The notes beneath the pieces were generated by a model. It saw only the letters and a list, made by a program, of their open reading frames with translations, had not been told where the DNA came from and did not search any database. Of a stretch of 64,000 nt of DNA, positions 12,330 through 22,915 are shown piece by piece. Numbering within the stretch: the first letter of the stretch is position 1; the number at the start of each line of letters is the position of its first letter. The DNA lies in the NCBI RefSeq assembly GCF_006345805.1, contig NC_043005.1, forward strand, positions 82,274,001 to 82,338,000, given 5' to 3'. Source of the DNA: Octopus sinensis (Eukaryota). The position numbers and the translations under genes were made by a program.

Positions 12330-12614
12330 CAGTAAGTACAAAGATAACTAAAAGTAATAGCACATCCCATATATACGTACCAAAATAGACAACCTAATGT
12401 TCTACATTCTAAGCAATAAGTTAAACCCAAATGTAATGAATAAAAATTTCACCAAAATAGCTCTTGACAAGACACCCTACAGCCTAATAACCACTCCACT
12501 CAAACTAACGCAAGGGAGATTTAAACTTACCGGAGACTACATAAAACCAAGATGTAACTCAATACATGGAAGGCTGACGAGGGCCAAACTGGCTGAAACT
12601 TCAGGGTCACTCTC
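12330..12614 (+). mobile_element. Penelope-like element 3' remnant (GIY-YIG C-terminus plus hammerhead motif)
   Basis: Translation (AHPY)..FYILSNKLNPNVMNK parallels IIKNSLNP in the Penelope remnant at 56699-56902. It is followed by CTGACGA (12574-12580), stem II GGCCA/TGGCT, GAAA (12595-12598) and GTC (12606-12608). Confidence 0.55.
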
Positions 12615-12622
12615 AATAATAT

Positions 12623-12914
12623 TCTTCAGTTCTATATTTAAGAGATGAGGAATTATGTACATTATTTATATTATTTACATTTGACGGATATTTGTCCTCA
12701 TCTTGTTTGTTGTTAACACAACGTTTCGGCCGATATACCTTCCAGTCTTCATCAGGTGCCTTGGGGAAATTTCGAACCTGGGTACTCATTCCTTAGGTAT
12801 CTTTCGATATTATTATTATTAGTAGTATTAGTATTATTCTGGTCCCTGCCTGGAATCGAACTCGGAATCTTGGGGTTAGTAGCCCGTGCTCTTAATAATT
12901 ACGCCATAAGCTCC
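12623..12914 (-). mobile_element. tRNA-headed SINE with hammerhead-containing tail
   Basis: Minus strand: TGGCGTAATT A-box-like, anticodon loop CTACTAA, B box GAGTTCGATTCC (fwd 12852-12863), (AAT)-type spacer, then GGCAC-CTGATGA-stem II-GAAA-CG-TT-GTGTT (fwd 12715-12760). Confidence 0.75.
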
Positions 12915-12915
12915 T

Positions 12916-12995
12916 GGGCATATGGCGTAGCGGTTAAGAACAACAAACGAGTTGAGGACAAATATCCGTCAAATGTAAGTAATGTTAATAATATT
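12916..12995 (+). mobile_element. Internally deleted inverted copy of the same HHR-SINE
   Basis: GGGCATATGGCGTAGCGGTTAAGA head fused to the tail ACAACAAAC..GAGGACAAATATCCGTCAAATGTAA, which is the reverse complement of 12671-12716. Confidence 0.75.
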
Positions 12996-13740
12996 CTTGT
13001 TTAATAATTTATATATATATATGTGTGTGTTTGTGTGTCTTGAGCCCAAATCTTATCGACCCGATTTTGTTTTCTACACTAACGGAGCTGTTAAGATACA
13101 AAATAGTCACGGCTGAGCTCATTATAAATGATGTTGCCTCTTCTGTAAGAAACGAATATGATTTTTTATAATAAACTGAGCGGGAAAAATTCGGTTAACA
13201 GCGATTAAATATGATATTTATATACGGAAAGGAGATTACTACATTAATAACACTAAACAGAACATTTTGAAAAATTTAAATGATTTAGGCAGCTTGATGT
13301 TCTGGAATTCTAACGAGTGAAAACGTTGACATATTTCTATTTTGTTAGATCTAATCGAAAATTATTTTCATATTATTACACGATTTGCATTTAAATTATT
13401 TATAATTATAATTACGATTCAAAATTTAATACTTATTATTTTATACTTTTTTCTCAATTTTCTGTTTATGATTCTCTCCTAATTATATGTTGTCTAATTT
13501 TTCACTTCAATATCTGGGTCGTGATCGTGTACTGTTGCGTTCCCTATCCATATTGACGTAATGCAGAACAGACAGATTATAATAATTCTTAATTATATGT
13601 AGTTGTTAATGCCGAAAGAAAATTTATTGAGTTTGCTGTTCAAAATCAAATTGCTAAAGGGTAATGTAATACTGGAGCACCGACGTAGTTGCTAGATCTG
13701 CTAGAAACAGCAGTGAAACTTGACAAGCTCATCATTCCCT

Positions 13741-14124
13741 TATTTCTTCATTGCCCACAAGGGGCTAAACGTAGAACGGACAAACAAGGACAGACAAAGA
13801 GATTAAATCGATTACATCGACCCCAGTGCACAACTGGTACTTAATCTATCGACGGAATTAGAACTCAGAACGTAACGGCAGATGAAATGCCTATTTCTTT
13901 ACTACATACAAGGGGCTAAACACAGAGGGGACAAAAAAGGACAGACAAACGGATTAAGTCGATTATATCGACCCCAGTACGTAACTGGTATTTATTTAAT
14001 CGACCCCGAAATGATGAAAGGCAATGTCGACTTCGACGGAATTTGAACTCACAACGTAACGGCAGACGAAATACCGCTAAGCATTTCGCTCGGCGTGCTA
14101 ACGATTCTGCAAGCTCGCCGCCAT
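13741..14124 (-). mobile_element. SINE family A dimer with 17-bp target-site duplication
   Basis: GGCGGCGAGCT head at the right end and two core/tail units. TSD CAAGCTCATCATTCCCT at 13724-13740 and 14125-14141. Confidence 0.9.
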
Positions 14125-14285
14125 CAAGCTCATCATTCCCTGTCTCAAAGGGATATCGATGCCTTGCATACAAAATATAATAAGGAAAAACGTGCTTCTG
14201 TTTGAAATGCTTTTAATCAGAGGTCTGCACGATTATTGGCGATATTCCGAACTTTAAATGTATTCTAGTAACGGATTCCTAACGA

Positions 14286-14500
14286 CAGCTTTGTAGTTAG
14301 GGTATTGGACTCATAACCATAAGACTGTGGTTTCGATTCCTAGATGGGGCAATGCATTGTATTCTTCATTGCACGCTGCTCCAATTCAGTCAGCTGGCAA
14401 ATATAAGCATTGCTACGGCGGACAAGCGTTTTGACAAGGGAATGGAAGAGTATACACGCCACAGAATCCGAAGGAAACCGTCTTTCTGAGTCCATATGAC
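14286..14500 (+). mobile_element. Degenerate tRNA-derived SINE (related to 21980-22250 and 55758-56081)
   Basis: TTGTAGTTAGGG A-box-like, GGTTTCGATTCC B box, CTGCTCCAATTCAGTCAGCTG and GCTACGGCGGAC blocks. Confidence 0.5.
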
Positions 14501-14859
14501 TTGGGAAGAAGCTTTATCATAGACTCATTTTGGAAAATGCAAAAGTGCGTGACAATTCCAGGGAAAAATCGTCCCCCGACAAGTCTCTATAAAGTTTTCG
14601 TCTATCCGTTTTTACTTATAATATACAGGTCGATTTGAGGCTATAAAATAAGATATTTGTCCAAGATGACATCCACTTGGATTGAACTCAGTACATCGTA
14701 GTTTGATCGTGATTATATTTACCATTCGGGCATACAGCATTTACATATGCATTGTATAACACAGAAAATCACTCATGACCATCTGAAACCGGTACAACAC
14801 ATTTGCGCTATAATTTCTTTGGTAAACCCTATCGATATTACTCTAATTTCTCTTTTTAA

Positions 14860-15097
14860 GGCGGCGAGCTGGCAGAAACGTTAGCACGCTGGGCGAAATG
14901 CTTTGTGATATTTCGTCCGCCGTTAGGTTTTGAGTTCAAATTCTGCCGAGGTCCACTTTGCCTTTCATCTTTTCGGGATCGATAAATTAAGTACCAGTTA
15001 CGCACTGGAGTCGATGTAATCGACTCAATCCGTCTGTCTGTCCTTGTTTGTCCCCTCTGTATTTAGCCCCTTGTGGGTAGTAAGGAAATAGATATTG
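14860..15097 (+). mobile_element. SINE family A monomer with TSD
   Basis: GGCGGCGAGCTGGCAGAAACGTTAGCACGC head and GAGTTCAAATTC B box. TSD CTCTAATTTCTCTTTT at 14841-14856 and 15098-15113. Confidence 0.9.
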
Positions 15098-15567
15098 CTC
15101 TAATTTCTCTTTTGAGATCCGCCCACCACCTGTGTTGACGACCCCTACTGTCAATCTCTGATCAACTAAATTGTTGACCCGGTCCTTGTAAGCCTTACGT
15201 GCTGGATACGGCACATTCAGCCTCCGGTACCCAGGTACTAGCCTACGCGTCTTATCTAGTTCGGCCGTAAAGATCACAAATTTTTGGTCTGAATAGGCGA
15301 CTATTTTAAAAAGTGGACGCCCTACTCTATTACTATCTATTTCCCAAGTGAAAATTTTATCTATATACAACGTAGGTGACCCTAAGCAATTGGTCCGGGT
15401 CCATACAGGTGCATTAGGGAAATATCGTCGTTACCTGTCAAACAGTTGGTATTGGTTTTGTTGTTGCTGCTCTTAACTTTTGCTCTCGTTGTTGTTGTTG
15501 TTGTTCCTATCGCTAATGCCGTTGCTGCATTTGCTGTCCTTTTCATGGCTGTTGTTATCACTACGAA

Positions 15568-15973
15568 GGCGGCGAGCTGGCAGAAACTTCAGCACGCCTG
15601 GCGAAATGCGTGGCTGTATTTTGTCTGCCGTAACGTTTTGAGTTCAAATTCCGCCGAGGTCGACTTTGCTTTTCATCCTTTCGGGGTCGATTAAATAAGT
15701 ACCAGTTACGCACTATGGTCGATATAATCGACTTAATCCGTTTGTCTGTCCTTGTTTGTCCTCTCTGTGTTCAGCCCCTTGTGGGTAGTAAAGAAATAGG
15801 TATTGCGTCTGCCGTTACTTTCTGAGTTCAAATTCCGCTGAGGTCGACTTTGCTTTTCCTCCTTTCGGGATCGATAAATAAGTACCAGTTACGTACTGGA
15901 GTTGATATAATCGACTTAATCCGTTTGTCTGTCCTCTCTATGTGTTTAGCTCCTTTTGGGTAGTAAAGAAATA
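15568..15973 (+). mobile_element. SINE family A dimer
   Basis: Full head, core and type-1 tail, then a second unit restarting after GGTATT at GCGTCTGCCGTTAC. GTTGTTATCACTA occurs at 15551-15563 and 15978-15990 (probable TSD). Confidence 0.9.
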
Positions 15974-16473
15974 CGTTGTTGTTATCACTATTACTACAGT
16001 ACTACAGCTCTCACTATTGCGGCTGCTGCTGATGTTGTTGCTACAGCTGTTGCTGTTTCTGCTCCTATTGTTCTTATAACTAAGTGTGTTTCCTACCGTG
16101 ACAGGTTTGTTTTTCTCCTCTTTCCCTTCCCCTATGTAATTGCCAGTAACGGAGGGAAGGGGAGGGAAATCTTAAGTCGTTACCATATTCGTTGGAGGGC
16201 TGTTTTGTTTTTTTCATAACTCTTTTAAGACACGCTTCGCCATCTTGTTGCCTTGTATCTGATACAATTAAATTAAACGTTCAGCCAAATTATTTGGTGG
16301 GACAATATGGCGCCTTTAGGAGTTAAACAACCACAGAAAACCAGTAACAGTTTCCGGGTGTTTCTATTGAAAACTTGGAATAAACAAAACCAATCGTGGT
16401 GTAAATAAATATTTAGAACTGAACTTGCTTGGATCGTTCGAAGACACGTCCGATGCATTCCGCAGGAAATATA

Positions 16474-16515
<42 letters not shown>

Positions 16516-16527
16516 AATAATAATAAT

Positions 16528-16729
16528 GATTTCAAATATTTTGCCACAATGGCAGCAACTTTGGGGAAGGGAATGAATCGACTACATTGACCCCAGAGTT
16601 CAACTGGTGCTTATTTTATTGATCCCTAGAGGATGAAAGGTAAAGTTGACCTTGGTGGAATTTGAACACAGAATGTAGCGATGGGCGAAATTCCGCTAAG
16701 CAAATCGTCCAGGGTGCCAACTCGCCGCC
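16528..16729 (-). mobile_element. SINE family A monomer with type-2 tail
   Basis: Ends CTCGCCGCC on the + strand. The core GGATGAAAGGTAAAGTTGACC is the reverse complement of the family core. Confidence 0.85.
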
Positions 16730-16768
16730 TTAAATAATAATAATGATAATAATAATAATAATAATAAT

Positions 16769-17285
16769 ATCGTATGGACTTGACAGATCAAAAAATTTGG
16801 TACGGACATAAACCCGAAGGCATCATTGAAAATGATAATGCAAAGATTCTATAGGATTTTATGATTCAGTGCAACCATGAGATAGAGAATAGGAAACCAA
16901 ATATAGTCTTAAATGAAAAAGAGAGCAAACGATGGTGGGTCATAGATATCGCATTCCCAGCTGGCAGCATGGTATGCGAAAAGGAAGAAAGAAAAGTCGA
17001 TAGCTATCACAGGTTAGCTTGGGAGATTAAGCAGTCGTGGACATTGAAAAAAGTGGTAGAAGTACCAATAATTGTCGAAGCCCTGGGAACAGTGAGTAAA
17101 ACTCGTGAGAAGTACATGGAACAAATAGGAGCTGCAATAAGGGCGGAACACTTGCAGAAAACAGCACTGCTTGGAACCGCTCGAATACTACTGATGGTGC
17201 TTGAAAAATAAGGGGTGTTATCTTCGTTCACTGGTAGTTAACGGCTGACACCGTAGTAATCTTCAGCGTTAGAAGCTGCGCAAAG
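16769..17285 (+). mobile_element. 5'-truncated Dong/R4-clade LINE: RLE endonuclease domain and 3' UTR
   Basis: WYGHKPEGIIENDNAKIL*DFMIQCNHEIENRKPNIV...IDIAFP...EKEERKVDSY...VPIIVEALGTVSK...LQKTALLGTARIL matches the PD-(D/E)xK RLE domain pattern, with RKPDIV decayed to RKPNIV. Flanked by (AAT)n on both sides. Confidence 0.85.
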
Positions 17286-18118
17286 ATAATAATAATAATG
17301 ATGATGATGATGTGTTGCATGTCTCAATTTACTGCGGCTTGGCTTTTGTTATATAATTAGATAACATTGGATATATTTTATTGATGCACAACAATGCAAG
17401 TAAATAGTTCACCAAACGAAATTTCTTAATATACTATCAAAGTACTTTAGAAAGTTGATTATTATTTTCTATTCTCGTGGGAAATTATGGAATCTTTTGT
17501 TTTGAACTAATGGAATCTTTCAATCTGTTTACAAAATTAATAAAATTAAGTCTCTCTTCATACAGAAATTAGTAAACAAACGAATTAAAATAATGAAGTC
17601 GTATTTCATTATAGTATTTTGAAAATATTTTATCAAACAAGAAAGGAACTATACAATTTTGATTTGTTTCTATATGGATTAAAGAAGAATGCCGTACGTG
17701 TAGAGGTTCGAGTTGAAGTAACCCTTAATTTTCTATTGATAATAACGCTACTGACACTTGACCCTTTTGTTTTCAATTGCTATTCATTCTCCTTGGTAAT
17801 GATACGGAGAAAATTGTTTCATTCAACAATCCGCTGTCTTTCCTATTGCTCTCTTTCTCATGACGTACAATTGCGATTCCTTCTTCTTTGTTTAGTTAAA
17901 ATATTAACACAAACAATACATGTAGCACTGTCAGGAGCCGAGTATGCATCTGATATTAAATTTATGATTACAAGGAACCCGAAAATAAAATTTTAGACCT
18001 CTACGACTTGGTTAATTATAATTTTTTTTCGTGGGGCAATTCTTTACTCATCTAAATAAATACTTGATTAAAGAAGGACCCCGCGAACTTTTTGCTATAG
18101 CAAGGGGTACAGACGTGG

Positions 18119-18251
18119 CTCTGTGGCAAGAAGTGTGCTTCTCAACCAGACTGTTCCAGAATCAGTCCCACTGCGTAGCACACAATGGGCAAATGTTTTC
18201 TACTAAGGTAGTGAGTGGATTTGATTTGGTAGACGGGAACTGAAAGAAGGC
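18119..18251 (+). mobile_element. SINE family B 5' fragment
   Basis: CTGTGGCAAGAAG..CAGTCCCACTGCG..GATTTGGTAGACGGGAACTGAAAGAAG. Confidence 0.75.
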
Positions 18252-18303
18252 ATGCATGTATGTATGTATATATATATTATATTATATAATATATATATAA
18301 ATA

Positions 18304-18674
18304 TACTCTCTTACTTGTTTCAGTCAGTTGACTGCGGCCATGCTGGAGCACCGACTTTAGTCGAGCAACTCGACCCCGGGACTTATTCTTTGTACCCGTA
18401 ATTATTCTATCGGTCTCTTTTGCCGACCGCTAAGTTACGGGGACATAAACACACCAGCATCGGTTGTCAAGCAATGCTAGGGGGACAGACACAGACACAC
18501 AAACATACACGCACACATACATACATATATACGACGGGCTTCTTTCAGTTTCCGTCTACCAAATCCACTCACAAGGCTATAGTAGAAGACACTTGCCAAA
18601 TGCCCCGCAGTGGGACTGAACCCGGAACCATGTGGTTGGTAAGCAAGCTACTACCACACAGCCACTCCTGCGCC
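18304..18674 (-). mobile_element. SINE family B, full length
   Basis: Reverse complement of the GGCGCAGGAGTGGCTGTGTGGTA head through the GCAGTCAACTGACTGAAACAAGTAAGAGAGTA tail. Confidence 0.9.
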
Positions 18675-18710
<36 letters not shown>

Positions 18711-20019
18711 ATTATAATATATAATATATATATTATATATATAATATATATATATATATATGTATGTAAGTATATATATCATTTTGTGCATAATTATTGC
18801 GGCGTTTTTTCTATAATTTTAGCAACAAAACTATAATATCTACAAAACATCTTTCAACATGGTTATTCCGGAGGTATTCACCATCATTTTAATTTCTGTG
18901 GCGTTTTAATTTAATAATTTTTAAATACAATTATTGAGAAAAAGCCGCAATATTATGCACCAACCTAATATATACGTAAAATTGCCTTCTTTCAATTTTA
19001 CATATATTTCAATAGTTATACCACCGGGTTTCGACGCGGGCAAGCAGGTGTGCGAACGCGTATATATATATATATGTATGTATATCTCCGCACAAGAATA
19101 TTTTTGTTATACGTATATACATCCACATATGAATAATTTATAATAAATACATAAATATGAATATCTCTCTATCTATCTATTTGTCTGTCAAACTATCTAC
19201 CTATCTATCCATTCATCTGTTTAGCTATAGAGATAGATAGACATAGATACAGATATTAGCTATTCTAGTACATAATGTATATATATATTGGTCTGTTAGC
19301 ATCGTTAAATATATTTAATGCATTTTATTGATATACATTAAGTGATGTTTTCAAAAATGCAATATGAAAGTCGGACATATTTAGAGTATTTTCTTCTATA
19401 TTTTTTGTGCGCTTTTCATAAAATAAATCTCTCATATTCTTCTCAAAGCGTTTAATAATATCCCAGGAGAAGCATATTAGTCTGTGAGCAATTAAAATGC
19501 ATTGTTTCTTTACAATGAATTTTTTTACTCCAACGATTTCAATCGATTTCCTCTCATATTGTGATTGCAACTAATTTTGTGTAAAAATCATATTTGTAAA
19601 TCTATCCTTTTGTTTCAGTATCTTTTCAATGCATCACTGAAATTAATTTAATGAGAGCAATAACAATGTTTAATGAGTGCAATAACCGGTGCAACATCGT
19701 CTAGTGTTGTAAACATATATCGAAGCCAAAAAAATTATACTTAAAAGTAATCGATGGACAACAATTGACAGGACAAAGAGTAATAAAAGTGGAAACGATA
19801 TAAGTTTTTTTCTTAGTTTATGTAAGAAGCTGCCTCAAAAACATGAGTCTGACAATCTGTCTATCTGCTGATTACTTCTCTGTCTGACTCCCTATATTTA
19901 TTTATGTCTATATGTATATTTATATCAATATCTACACACACACACACACACACACAAACACTACACGCACATACGCACACATATATATATATCCTTAAAT
20001 CCTTAAAAATGTTTCAGCC

Positions 20020-20269
20020 CGAAGGCCGCGGCCATGCTGGGGCACCACCGCTGATATACAGTATATATATATTATTTTTTACAGTCATTTGACTGCGTCC
20101 ATGCTTGCATTTAGTCGAACAAATGGATCCCAGAACTTATTCTTTTTAAGCCTAGTACTTATTTTATCGGTCTCTTTTGCCGAACCGCTAAGTTACGAGG
20201 ACGTGAACAAACACACCAGCATCGGTTGTCAAGTGATGTTGGGGGTGGGGAACAAACACACAAACATGT

Positions 20270-20318
<49 letters not shown>

Positions 20319-20540
20319 CATACATACACGGACATACGTCCGCGTCACTTAGCGGTTCGGCAAAAGAGACCGATAGAATAAGTACTAGGCTGACAAAGAA
20401 TATGTCCCGGGGTCGATTTGCTCTACCAAAGGCGGTGCTCCAGCATGGCCGCAGTCAAATGACTGAAACGAGTAAAAGAGTATAAATATATGTAACAGGC
20501 TTCTTTCAGTTTCCTTCTACCATATCCATTCACAAGACTT
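20020..20540. mobile_element. SINE family B minus copy interrupted by an inverted plus-strand tail (20335-20481)
   Basis: 20083-20205 is the reverse complement of 20335-20466. The minus copy resumes at about 20492 (ACAGGCTTCTTTCAGTTTCC). Confidence 0.8.
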
Positions 20541-21269
20541 ATAATATTTTTGTCGACGATATCCACCCATAAATCTCATCATATGCACATGTGTATACAT
20601 ACGTGTACACACACACACATACACACACACACACACACACATACACACACACACACACGCATATACATCTTCAAATATGTTACAACGTACAAGAATGTTT
20701 TAGCTAATTGACTTAGCAATCTGAGCGAGTATTTTCCCTATAGTTCCTGTTGACCCCACCCCCGCACCCATATACATACTGACCTGAAAGTTTTATATGT
20801 TGTCCTTTATATAAAACTTATAAAATATTCCAAAACTATTGAAGTAGCCCTTGACACGCTACAATCGCATTGTTTACTTCTATTCAAATACTTAATTTGT
20901 TGTGTCTGCTATGCATATAGTCTTTCCTCTCTGCGTTTACCTAGAACCTTTATGTTCTTTTTCATCGTTACATACATTTCTCTTGCTACAGCAACTCGTA
21001 TTTAATTCACCAATATAAACAACATGGTCTGCCTTTACATTATCATCAAAATGCCTCCTACTTCTGAGCTGTCCTAATGCTTCAGAACAAGATATTTTGG
21101 AATATGAGTTCATCAGTGAACCGTACCTGGGAATAAAACCAAATGGCCACTGCTATAATGATCTTGATCAAAAGCCTATTTGATCACAGCTAACTTCATA
21201 TCAAACAACAGAAGAGTTCAGAATTCTGAAATACTTACATCGTCTATAGTCACAAGGCCTGACATTTTG

Positions 21270-21365
21270 GAGAATTACAGCGACCTCAGCGCTTAATTGG
21301 TTCTTAATTTATCGACCCCAAAATGTTAAAAGACAGAGTCTACTTCGACGGTATTTGAAGTCAAG
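21270..21365 (-). mobile_element. SINE family A core fragment
   Basis: AATTTATCGACCCC..CTTCGACGGTATTTGAAGTC. Confidence 0.6.
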
Positions 21366-21979
21366 TTTCCTTAAATAATATTGATATATTTTTTGAGTTA
21401 TCGTACACATCTTTGGTAATTGCCAAAGGAATTATATTAACCATAATATGCAGATTGTTGTATTGTTATGGAAGGGATTATAATTATAACATTATGTCAG
21501 ACCTTTTGCAATAATGATATGCAACAATTTTATTTTCTTAAAACAGTAATGACATGAGCATTCAATAAGTCTAAATTAATGTCTGTCGTTGCATAATATT
21601 ATTTGATTTGTTTTAAACTTTACCATGATTCATAATGGATTGTATAAATTATGTTCACTGAAAAATCATCAATCACATGTATTCTCACTTTCTGATCGTT
21701 TAATCCTATGTTCGGAACATATTAAGATTTCATCTTTGCAGCTGTTGTTATTTCGAGACTGTATATCACCAGTCTCATAGCACACTTATTCGATATGCAT
21801 GATGCCCATCAGAAATATTTTCATTATGTTTTTCTTGAAAAGATAATGTATTTGTACGACTGAAAGAGGAAAAAATGTTGATGGAATTAGCTATTTACGA
21901 CTAATGATAAACCATTAAAATTAGTTCAAATTGAACAAACTATATTTAGTTTTAAACTTTATGTACATATCCCCAAAGT

Positions 21980-22250
21980 GGAGGCACATGGCCTAGTGTT
22001 TAGAGGAGCGGACACGCAGTCGAGGAATCCGGGTTAGAATCTCAGACCAGGCGATGAGTGTGCTTATGAGCGAAACACCTAAGATCCACGCTGCTCCGAC
22101 TCTTTCGCTACAACTTTCTCTCACTCTTTCCTCCTGGATCTTGCAGCTCACCTGCGACGGACCGGCGTCCCGTCCAGGTGGGGAGACTATATGCCAAGGA
22201 AACCGGGAAACCGGCCCTATGTTCCAGGCATGGTTTGAGTAGGAACAAAC
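21980..22250 (+). mobile_element. tRNA-derived SINE family D (Meta/V-type conserved block suspected)
   Basis: GGAGGCACATGGCCTAGTG A box, GGGTTAGAATCTC B-box-like, GCGACGGACCGGCGTCCCGTCCAGG central block and GAAACCGGGAAACCGG tail. Confidence 0.75.
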
Positions 22251-22472
22251 CTATCCTCGAAAGACGTTCATAGCTGCACTGTCTTTGTTGGGAGGCTTCC
22301 TGAAACAACAACCATTAAACGTTTCTCTTTCAGTGAAATTAGCAACGTTCTGTTTTAATCTTATGCTTTTATTCTTTCTCATTTAATTTATATTCTTTAA
22401 AATTAATCATAAATATGTAGAAATATAAAAGATATTCAATTAGCAATTGGTATGATAAGATTCGTTTCCATA

Positions 22473-22639
22473 GGCGCAGGAGTGGCTGTGTGTAATTAGC
22501 TTGCTTACCAACCACATGGTTCTGGGTTCAGTCCCACTGCGTGGTACCTTGGACAAGTATCTTCTACTATAGCCCCGAGTCGACCAAAGCCTTGTGAGTG
22601 GATTTCGTAGACGGAAACCGAAAAGAAGCCCGTCGTATA

Positions 22640-22684
<45 letters not shown>

Positions 22685-22915
22685 ATGTGTGTGTAAATGT
22701 TTGTGTTTGTGTGTCTGTTTTTGACCCCCCCCCCACCCAACATCGATTGGCAACCGATGCTGGTGTGTTTACGCCCCTGTAACTTAGCGGTTCGGCAAAA
22801 GAGACCGATAGAATAAGTACTAGGCTTACAAAGAATAAGTCCCGTGGTCGATTTGCTCGACTAAATGCGGTGCTCCAGGATGGCCGCAGTCAAATGACTG
22901 AAACAAATAAAAGTA
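22473..22915 (+). mobile_element. SINE family B, full length, with internal (TA)n/(TG)n
   Basis: tRNA-like head with GGGTTCAGTCCC, CORE-like ACCTTGGACAAGT, and tail GCCGCAGTCAAATGACTGAAAC. Confidence 0.92.

Noticed and set aside
12840-12914. Functional tRNA-Ser gene
   Set aside because: No acceptor stem, degenerate D arm, and fused to a repeat tail; it is a SINE head, as are all other tRNA-like segments here.
15446-16219. Hydrophobic signal-peptide-like ORFs (MVLVLLLLLLTFALVVVVV)
   Set aside because: Derived from GTT/GCT trinucleotide repeats running into SINE sequence.
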